In this document: one piece after another, positions 56,583 through 64,000 of the stretch
Layout of the letters: every line of letters starts with the position of its first letter
How positions within the stretch are numbered: position 1 is the first letter of the stretch
Assembly: GCA_963169635.1 (NCBI GenBank)
Contig: CAUJDL010000064.1
Span: 1,881 to 65,880 of the forward strand
Source: Bacteroidota bacterium
GTDB taxonomy: Bacteria; Bacteroidota; Bacteroidia; Chitinophagales; Chitinophagaceae
DNA length: 64,000 bases
Direction: 5' to 3'
Notes under the pieces: model-generated
Seen by the model: the letters and a program-made list of their open reading frames with translations, nothing else
Database searches by the model: none
What the model was told of the DNA's origin: nothing
Program-made: the position numbers and the translations under genes

Positions 56583-58985
56583 ATGTTATCTAAAATTCGT
56601 TTTTTAATTACTGTAGTTTTTATATGTGTTACAACTACATTAATAGCACAATTACCCAATAATTTAAGCAATGTAAAATCTTCAGATATTTCTGATGAGC
56701 AGTTACTAGAATTAGTTACAAAAGCTAATAATGCCGGCTTATCTGAAACGCAAGTTTTAGAAGAATTACGTAAAAGAAATATGCCAGAAAGTGAAATAGA
56801 AAATATAAAAGAAAGAATTGCTAATTTAATTACAGCAGATAAAAAAAATTCAAGTAGTTCTATAAGTCAAGAAGGCAGAACAGCTGTAACAATACAAACT
56901 CCAGAAAGAACTGAAAAAAATTTTTATGTATTTGGTGCAGAAATTTTTTCGAACCCTAATTTAAGTTTTGAACCTGACTTAAGATTACCTACACCAAAAA
57001 ATTATACTTTAGGGCCCGATGATAAACTTTTATTAGATGTATATGGTATTAATTTATCTCAACAAAATTTAGTAGTTAGTCCAGAAGGTACCGTATATGT
57101 AAAATATGCAGGACCAATACAAGTAAATGGATTAACGATTGATGAAGCAAGTAAAATTATCAACTCAAGATTAGCAAAGTTTTATCCTGCCATTGCAAGT
57201 GGAAAAACAAAAGTAATTTTATCACTAACAGGTATCAGAACTATTAAAGTAATGGTTTTAGGCTCTGTAAAAAAACCAGGTACGTATAGTTTAAGCTCAT
57301 TAGCTACATTATTTAACGCTCTTTATGTAAGTGGTGGACCAACAGAAAATGGCTCTTTTAGAAATATACAATTAGTAAGAAATAATAAAGTAATTGTAGT
57401 TGCAGATTTATATGATTTTTTATTAAATAGTAATCAAGCTGCTAATGTAAGATTAATGGATAACGATGTAATTAAAATTCCTTTTGTTAATGTACAAATT
57501 GATATTGAAGGAGAAGTAAATAGACCAGGAAAATTTGAAATACAACCCAATGAAACCTTACAAGATGCTATAAGATTTGCAGGAGGTTATAAAAGCCAAG
57601 CATTTAAAGCAAGAGTAACAGGTATAAGAAATACAGATTTTGATAAGGTAGTTTTAGATATTGTAAAAGATTCTATTACATATTTTATTCCTCAAAATGG
57701 CGATAGTTATACAATAGGCAGTATTATCAATAAATTTAAAAACAGATTAATTGTAGAAGGTGCTGTGTTTAAACCAGGCATTTACTCATTAAATAATCGT
57801 ATAACAACTATCACAGATTTATTAAATAAAGCAGAAGGCTTACGTGAAGATGCATTTACTGGTAAAGCATTAATTATTAGAACAAAAGACGATTTAACTA
57901 AAGAAGTAATAAGCATAAATCTTACAACAGATGAAGGTAAAAATTTTGTATTACAAAAAGAAGATGTGCTACAGGTTTCATCAATTTTTGATATAAAAGA
58001 AAATTTTATTGTTAATATAAATGGTGCAGTTAGAAATCCTGGTATTTATACTTTTGATGATAGCCTTTCATTAAAAGCATTAATACTTAAAGCAGGTGGC
58101 TTTGCAGATAATGCAACAGGTGTAGGAATAGAAATTGCCAGAAGAAAAAGAAATATAGAAATTAATAACCCTCAAAGCCCCATTGTAGAAATTATTAAAA
58201 TAGATGATGATAAAGATTTATCTAACCCTAATAGCGATATACCATTAAAGCCTTTTGATATAATTACTATTAAAGCTGACCCATATTATAAAAGCCAAGT
58301 TTCTGTAAGTATTAGTGGAGAAGTAGTAAGCCCTGGTGTTTATACACTTACTAGTAGAATAGAAAAAATAAGTGATTTAATTAAAAGAGCAGGAGGTTTA
58401 CTTTATACAGCCAATATACAAGGTGCTAAATTAATAAGAAAGTTAGATGAAAAAAATAAAGCAGACCTTGAATTAATCAATAAGATTGCACTATCATCTG
58501 CACATGACTCTTCAGGCATTACTTTAATCACAGAAAGAAAAGCATTTACAGAAGTTGCTATAGATTTAGAAAAAATTATTAAAAACCCCGGCAGTAAAGA
58601 TGATATTTTATTAGAAGAAGGCGATAGAATAGAAATACCTACCATTAACAATATGATTACAATTTCTGGCGAGGTTTTTAATCCAATTACTGTTAATTAT
58701 GAAACATCAAAAAAATTAAGAGCATATTTAGAAGATGCAGGTGGTGTAGCAAAGTCTGGAAATAAAAAAAGGGTATTTGTAATTTATCCAAACGGAAAAG
58801 CTGGTAAAACAAAAAAAATATTTGGAATATTTAGACAATATCCTAAAGTAACAGCAGGAAGTAAAATTTTTGTACCAAAAATGCCAGAATCAAAGCCTAC
58901 AGATTATGCAAAAACAAGTTTATTAATTACAGGATTATCAGCATTTATTACTGCAATGGCTTTAGCATGGCAAATAACAAAGTAG
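56583..58985 (+). CDS. Polysaccharide export outer-membrane protein (Wza/OPX family with multiple SLBB repeats)
   Basis: Signal peptide, a Poly_export-like segment (YTLGPDDKLLLDVYGI), repeated SLBB-type units (INGAVRNPGIY, ISGEVVSPGVY, ISGEVFNPITV) and a C-terminal TM helix. Confidence 0.8.
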   Translation: MLSKIRFLITVVFICVTTTLIAQLPNNLSNVKSSDISDEQLLELVTKANNAGLSETQVLEELRKRNMPESEIENIKERIANLITADKKNSSSSISQEGRTAVTIQTPERTEKNFYVFGAEIFSNPNLSFEPDLRLPTPKNYTLGPDDKLLLDVYGINLSQQNLVVSPEGTVYVKYAGPIQVNGLTIDEASKIINSRLAKFYPAIASGKTKVILSLTGIRTIKVMVLGSVKKPGTYSLSSLATLFNALYVSGGPTENGSFRNIQLVRNNKVIVVADLYDFLLNSNQAANVRLMDNDVIKIPFVNVQIDIEGEVNRPGKFEIQPNETLQDAIRFAGGYKSQAFKARVTGIRNTDFDKVVLDIVKDSITYFIPQNGDSYTIGSIINKFKNRLIVEGAVFKPGIYSLNNRITTITDLLNKAEGLREDAFTGKALIIRTKDDLTKEVISINLTTDEGKNFVLQKEDVLQVSSIFDIKENFIVNINGAVRNPGIYTFDDSLSLKALILKAGGFADNATGVGIEIARRKRNIEINNPQSPIVEIIKIDDDKDLSNPNSDIPLKPFDIITIKADPYYKSQVSVSISGEVVSPGVYTLTSRIEKISDLIKRAGGLLYTANIQGAKLIRKLDEKNKADLELINKIALSSAHDSSGITLITERKAFTEVAIDLEKIIKNPGSKDDILLEEGDRIEIPTINNMITISGEVFNPITVNYETSKKLRAYLEDAGGVAKSGNKKRVFVIYPNGKAGKTKKIFGIFRQYPKVTAGSKIFVPKMPESKPTDYAKTSLLITGLSAFITAMALAWQITK

Positions 58986-59012
58986 TAAACTTTAAATAAA
59001 TTATTTATTAAA

Positions 59013-60104
59013 ATGGAGCAGATAGATGAAAATGTAAATGATAAAAGTCTTTTACAATTACTTGCAACTTTAAATAAGATAAAAGAATTATTAAAAAGAA
59101 AAATACACATCATTATCTTAGGTGGTATTGTAGGTGTACTATTATATGGCACATTTTTCTTTTTAAAATCACCTAAATATATTGGCAATGCATCTTTTAT
59201 AATGAGAGAAAAAAGTGTAAGCACTAGTACTGCTTTAAGTAATATAGCATCACAATTAGGTGTAGATTTATCTGGTAGTAGCAGTGCAGGAAGTGTTTTT
59301 GCAGGAGAAAATATTTTAGATATTATAAAGTCAAAATATATTATCACAAAAGCTTTACTTACAGCCACAGAAGATTCTGTAGGAAATAAACAAACTTTAG
59401 CAAATCTCTATTTAAATTTTAGTAAATTAAAAAAAGATTTAATAGAGAAAGATATACCTGCATCAGCTATAAATTTTCCTATTAATCAAAATGTAGATAA
59501 GCTTAATAATATACAAGACTCAGTTATACAATTAATCATAAAAAAAGTTACCAACGAAGATAATTTTACTGTAGAAAGAAGTAATAAAAAAGCAACCATT
59601 ATTAATGTTCAAGTAAAATCTAAAAACAAAGAGTTTTCTAGATTATTACCTACAAGGCTTATTGAAGAAGCAACTGAATTTTATATTAATACTAAAGTGG
59701 GTGTTTTAGAAAAAGATATTGCTAAAATGGAGAATAAAGCAGATTCAATAATTGCTCTATTAAACAATAAAACCTATTTATCTGCAGAACTTACTGAAAA
59801 TGATTTAAACCCAGCTTTAAATACTGCTACTGTTCCTGTAGAACTTGCTTTAAGAGATAAAACTGTTTTGTATAAACTTTATGGAGAAGTAATAAAACAA
59901 CTTGAACTTGCAAAAGCCGATTTAATAAGAGAAAAACCCATTATTCAAATACTCGACTCTCCTGGTTTAACGCTTTTTAATAATAAAAAGTTTTCTCTTT
60001 TATTAGCTATTATAATGGCCATTTTTATGGCTGGCCTTACTGCTGTATATCTTATTGTTAAAGATTATTTACAACAAAAACTAAAGGAAGAAAGGCTTAA
60101 TTAA
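59013..60104 (+). CDS. Wzz-type polysaccharide co-polymerase / chain-length determinant (no kinase domain)
   Basis: TM helices near both termini flank a ~280-aa helical periplasmic region. No Walker motifs are present. Confidence 0.6.
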   Translation: MEQIDENVNDKSLLQLLATLNKIKELLKRKIHIIILGGIVGVLLYGTFFFLKSPKYIGNASFIMREKSVSTSTALSNIASQLGVDLSGSSSAGSVFAGENILDIIKSKYIITKALLTATEDSVGNKQTLANLYLNFSKLKKDLIEKDIPASAINFPINQNVDKLNNIQDSVIQLIIKKVTNEDNFTVERSNKKATIINVQVKSKNKEFSRLLPTRLIEEATEFYINTKVGVLEKDIAKMENKADSIIALLNNKTYLSAELTENDLNPALNTATVPVELALRDKTVLYKLYGEVIKQLELAKADLIREKPIIQILDSPGLTLFNNKKFSLLLAIIMAIFMAGLTAVYLIVKDYLQQKLKEERLN

Positions 60105-60113
60105 AACAAAGAA

Positions 60114-61778
60114 ATGACTAAATTTATTTTAGTTAATATATTATTACTTGCTTTACTGACTATCTCAAATACGCTTACAGTTAAGCAAAATAAACAGCAA
60201 CAATCATCAAGTATTTCTTATAAGAACTTAAATTGGTTAAATGTTACTTCTTTTGGTGTAAAGCCAGATGGTGTTACAAACAATACAATTAAATTACAAG
60301 AAGCTATCAATTTTGCTGCTAAAAATAATCAAACTTTATATTTTCCTGCAGGTATTTATTTAACTAATGCAATTACTATTACTTCAAATTTATCTATCAT
60401 TGGCGAAGGAGAAAATACAGTTTTAAAAGCAATTTCACCAAAAGCAGTTAATTATAAGTTTGGCTGTTTATTATACTCATGGTATAATAGTAATTATAAA
60501 AATATTTCTATTCAAAATATTACTTTAGATGGTAATGCATCTTTGGTTGATACTTCTTTAAAAGCTGCAATTGCTAACTTTAGTTCTTGTAACAATATTT
60601 ATATCAATAATGTAAAATTTATTAATGGTCAATCGGTAGGTATTGCATTAGAAAAGAGTGAAAGTATTACCATAGAAAATTGCACTTTTGATAATTTTGG
60701 TTGGAGTGCTTTAATGGCTATTGGTATTAAAAATGCACAATTAATTGGTAACAAAACATCGGGTTGGAGTAAAATAAATTTAGATAAAAATCCAGCATGG
60801 AGTTTCCCTTCATTAAGTTCAAGTAATGTATTTATTAGTAATAATTTTTTCTTTAACTCTTCATTTGCTACAGAGTATGGTATAGAGTTATATGGTGCTT
60901 ACTCTTACAACTTTAATATTACAAATAATATTTTTGATGCAAATGGATATAAAGGAAGTGGCATAAGTGGTGCGTTTAAATTTTCTTCTATTACTAATAA
61001 TAAATTTTTAAATGGTACAGGCAATCAACGTTGTGGATTAGAAGTACATTTAGATACTTCAATTGTTTCAAATAATATTATTCAAAATGGATCTATAGCT
61101 TCTTTTCCTTTTCCCATTATTGCTCATCATCAAAGTGGTGGTGTTATAAAAAATAATATTATTACCAATCATCTTAATCAAGGCTATGCAATGATGATAG
61201 CAGGTTCATCTGCATTAGATACTACTTACCATTTTGAAATTTCTGACAATACAATTCATGTAAACAATTTAGTAAACTCTGCTATAATTATAGGTTGGTA
61301 TGGTGCAAAAGGTAATTACAAAGATTTGGCTGTTTATAATAATAAAATAAATGCACCTCTTAATACTTATGGAATAAGATTACATGGTTATTCAGGAAAA
61401 AATGTAAGTATTTATAATAACTATATTAATGGAAGCATCAGTGGAATATCTAATGATGAAGGCTCAGCCATAACAGGCTTTTTTGATATTTATAATAATA
61501 CAGTATTAAACAGTGCCACAAAAATGGCTTACAAGACAAGTAGTACAGCTACTACAAATAATAATAGAGTAAATGTTGGTACAGAAATTTACTTTAATAA
61601 TAACATAAATAAAGAACCTAACTTATTTAAAGAAACCTTCTTTTTTTCTACAAATAAAAATGCACCCAAAAGAAAAAATGCAGCAGGAATAAAAGGAGAA
61701 ATCAGAATAACCAAAAGTTACATATATATATGTATAGATGATAATAAATGGATAAAAACTAAACTTCATAAATGGTAA
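60114..61778 (+). CDS. Right-handed parallel beta-helix protein (pectate-lyase-3 / tailspike-like), secreted or membrane-anchored
   Basis: N-terminal hydrophobic segment, then NVTSFGVKPDGVTNNTIKLQEAINFAAKNNQTLYFPAGIYL, followed by many beta-helix repeats. No T9SS sorting domain. Confidence 0.65.
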   Translation: MTKFILVNILLLALLTISNTLTVKQNKQQQSSSISYKNLNWLNVTSFGVKPDGVTNNTIKLQEAINFAAKNNQTLYFPAGIYLTNAITITSNLSIIGEGENTVLKAISPKAVNYKFGCLLYSWYNSNYKNISIQNITLDGNASLVDTSLKAAIANFSSCNNIYINNVKFINGQSVGIALEKSESITIENCTFDNFGWSALMAIGIKNAQLIGNKTSGWSKINLDKNPAWSFPSLSSSNVFISNNFFFNSSFATEYGIELYGAYSYNFNITNNIFDANGYKGSGISGAFKFSSITNNKFLNGTGNQRCGLEVHLDTSIVSNNIIQNGSIASFPFPIIAHHQSGGVIKNNIITNHLNQGYAMMIAGSSALDTTYHFEISDNTIHVNNLVNSAIIIGWYGAKGNYKDLAVYNNKINAPLNTYGIRLHGYSGKNVSIYNNYINGSISGISNDEGSAITGFFDIYNNTVLNSATKMAYKTSSTATTNNNRVNVGTEIYFNNNINKEPNLFKETFFFSTNKNAPKRKNAAGIKGEIRITKSYIYICIDDNKWIKTKLHKW

Positions 61779-61792
61779 CGATTTATTCTTAA

Positions 61793-63157
61793 ATGATTAA
61801 TGCTATTAAACATAAAATATTTGATGTATTTGGTATAGATAATCATCGTTCTAAAAAAATATTAAAGAATATTATATTTTCTTTTGGCATAAAAGCTTTT
61901 AGTATATTTATTGGTTTATACATTATTAGATTAACAATTGATTATATAGATACTACAAAATATGGAATTTGGGTTACAATAAGTTCTATTACAATTTGGG
62001 TTAGTTTCTTTGATATTGGTATGGGTAATGGTATGAGAAACAAATTAACTAGTGCTATAACATTAAATAAATTTGATGATGCAAAAAAATATGTAAGTAC
62101 TACCTATGCTACACTTACATTAATAGCTATAAGTTTTTTTACATTATTTTATTTAGTAAATCCATTAATAAATTGGGCTAAGTTTTTAAATGTGCCACAA
62201 AATATTAGTGAAGACCTTCATTTAATTTTATTAATAGTATTTGGTGCATTTAGTATTCAATTTATATTTCAGCTTCTTAATACTATACTTACTGCAACTC
62301 ACGAACCTGCAACAGCTAATTTTATTACACTGTTAGGGCAAATTGGTGTACTATTAACAATTATTTTCTTAAAACAAAATATTAAAGGTAGTCTACTAAT
62401 TTTAGTAATTGCTTTAAATGCCATTCCTTTAGCAATATTAATTGTTGCAAGTATTTTACTTTTTAATACAAAGCTTAAATATATAGCCCCACAAATAAAT
62501 AAAGTTCATTTTAAGTATATAAAAGATATTATTAGTTTGGGTAGTGTATTTTTTATTATACAAATTGGTTCTTTAGTATTAGTACAAACAGATAATATAA
62601 TTATTGCAAAAGTTTTAAGCCCAGAACACGTAACAAAGTTTAATATCTCTTACAGATTATTTTCTGTAATTACTATGGTATTTTCTATTATTCTTATTCC
62701 CTATTGGAGTGCATTTACAGATGCTTATGCAAAGCAAGATTATAAATGGATGATTAAAAATGTGCAAAAACTTAGAAAGTTATGGATATTTTTTTCTTTC
62801 ATTATTATTCCTATTTTATTATTAATGTCCAACTTTATTTATAAAATTTGGATGGGAAATATTTTAACAATAGAAACAAGTTTATCAATAGCTATGAGTA
62901 TATACATTATAGCTTATTTATGTTTAATAGTAAATTGCTATTTTTTAAATGGTGTTGGTAAATTAAGAGTTCAATTATATGCTTACTTAATTACCATTGT
63001 TATAAATATACCATTAGGTATATTTCTTTGTAAATTAATAGAAATAGAAGGTGTAATAATTGCCAATATTATTACACTTATATTAATGAATATTTTATTT
63101 TGGATACAAACAAATAAAATTTTATTTAGAAAAGCTAAAGGTATTTGGAACCTATAA
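61793..63157 (+). CDS. Oligosaccharide flippase (Wzx, MOP superfamily)
   Basis: 454 aa, about 12-14 TM helices, positioned within the polysaccharide locus. Confidence 0.7.
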   Translation: MINAIKHKIFDVFGIDNHRSKKILKNIIFSFGIKAFSIFIGLYIIRLTIDYIDTTKYGIWVTISSITIWVSFFDIGMGNGMRNKLTSAITLNKFDDAKKYVSTTYATLTLIAISFFTLFYLVNPLINWAKFLNVPQNISEDLHLILLIVFGAFSIQFIFQLLNTILTATHEPATANFITLLGQIGVLLTIIFLKQNIKGSLLILVIALNAIPLAILIVASILLFNTKLKYIAPQINKVHFKYIKDIISLGSVFFIIQIGSLVLVQTDNIIIAKVLSPEHVTKFNISYRLFSVITMVFSIILIPYWSAFTDAYAKQDYKWMIKNVQKLRKLWIFFSFIIIPILLLMSNFIYKIWMGNILTIETSLSIAMSIYIIAYLCLIVNCYFLNGVGKLRVQLYAYLITIVINIPLGIFLCKLIEIEGVIIANIITLILMNILFWIQTNKILFRKAKGIWNL

Positions 63158-63202
63158 TGTATAGCATAAGCATACTAAATTTTATTTGCAAGTAAAAATT
63201 AA

Positions 63203-64000
63203 ATGACTTTACAAAATTCATCTATCAGAAAAAAAAGTAAAATAGGAAGTTATGTCCTCCTTTTTTTTATTTTACTTTTTACTTTAGAAATAGTGTCATA
63301 TTTATTTCTTGTAAAATATGCTTATGTTACTATTTACATTAAACTATTAACTGCAATAATGTTTATTTATTCATTTATAAGTTTTTATAAATGGAGTAAA
63401 CCCGACAAAATTTATTTCTATATTTTCTTATTATTTATAGTAAAATTAGTTATAGAATCTATTGTAAATTTTGGCAGTTTATTAGCATACCCTTCTGTAT
63501 TAGCTGTAATTTTTCCTGTTTTATATATTTTAGTAATTAAAAATATTTTTAAAAATACTGCAATCAATATTTTACATGTACTGTGTAAAACAATTATCCT
63601 CTTCTATATAATATTCATGCTATTTAATATTGGAGATTTTGGATTTAATATTACTTCAAATGTATTTATGGAAAATATGGATGAAATTGGTCCATATTCT
63701 GGTGATGCAAGAATACTACATGCAAGAACCATCTTTTTAATTATGCTTCCTTATTTATTTTACTTAAGTAAATCATTAAAAAAGCCATCTATAAGCAACC
63801 TTCTAATTTTATTTTTTCTAATTTTAATTATTCTTTTACATCAACATAGAACAGTTTGGGTAACAACTATTATAAGTACTTTTCTTTTTGTAAGTATCAA
63901 CAATAAATTACATAGAAAAATATTTTTAGTAGGTATTATAATTACTATAGCAATCATAGCAGCTTTTTTATTTATTCCTAATTTATTAGATTTATTTATA
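63203..64000 (+). CDS. Polytopic membrane protein, Wzy polymerase / O-antigen-ligase-like; 3' end outside the window
   Basis: Not in the ORF track because there is no stop before the window end. I translated from the ATG at 63203 with no stop through 64000. Multiple TM helices and an LLHQHRTVWV segment reminiscent of Wzy_C. Position after wzx fits. Confidence 0.45.
   Translation, partial: MTLQNSSIRKKSKIGSYVLLFFILLFTLEIVSYLFLVKYAYVTIYIKLLTAIMFIYSFISFYKWSKPDKIYFYIFLLFIVKLVIESIVNFGSLLAYPSVLAVIFPVLYILVIKNIFKNTAINILHVLCKTIILFYIIFMLFNIGDFGFNITSNVFMENMDEIGPYSGDARILHARTIFLIMLPYLFYLSKSLKKPSISNLLILFFLILIILLHQHRTVWVTTIISTFLFVSINNKLHRKIFLVGIIITIAIIAAFLFIPNLLDLFI

Noticed and set aside
1-64000. CRISPR arrays, insertion sequences, prophage remnants, toxin-antitoxin pairs and known defence systems.
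   Set aside because: Reading the intergenic regions and the ORF list showed no regularly spaced direct repeats, no transposase or integrase-like proteins, and no nuclease, helicase or NTPase proteins of unknown function. A by-eye scan cannot exclude short degenerate repeats.

Overview
Strongly AT-rich chromosomal segment from a member of the Bacteroidota. Supporting markers are the T9SS/gliding genes PorV and GldC, T9SS C-terminal sorting domains, TAnnTTTG-type -7 promoter boxes and the absence of Shine-Dalgarno leaders. Class-level placement cannot be resolved by eye. I support about 56 protein-coding genes, densely packed on both strands, and one tRNA (Asn-GTT). Most of the content is housekeeping: recR, cdsA, rny, hflX, holB, scpA, fabH, a split transketolase, DPP-IV and a parvulin PPIase. 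The rest is mainly envelope biogenesis. It includes two ECF sigma/anti-sigma modules and a small TonB-dependent receptor with an HmuY-like lipoprotein. A divergent LOS/glycan-modification cluster (15985-21315) carries two methyltransferases, GT4, GT25 and an MsbA-like exporter. There are two T9SS cargo proteins, and porV is followed by a Wza/Wzz/Wzx/Wzy-type polysaccharide locus that runs off the 3' end of the window. I saw no transposase, integrase, phage gene, CRISPR array, toxin-antitoxin pair or recognisable defence gene, and I did not find a convincing novel multi-gene system. The items most worth a second look, all of modest interest, are listed here. (1) An Fe-alcohol-dehydrogenase plus DegT-aminotransferase pair resembling the Shewanella KdnB/KdnA Kdo8N cassette. 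(2) Tandem guanidino-group-modifying enzymes (a long arginine-deiminase-like protein plus a CtlX-like protein). (3) A stand-alone radical SAM/SPASM gene whose ATG overlaps the stop of a 26-codon upstream micro-ORF. (4) porV directly linked to a polysaccharide export/polymerisation locus that contains a beta-helix protein. (5) A recurrent 12-mer, TTATCTTCGCTA, placed just upstream of start codons, which suggests leaderless transcripts. Functional calls rest on motif recognition by eye and on gene context; no database search was run.
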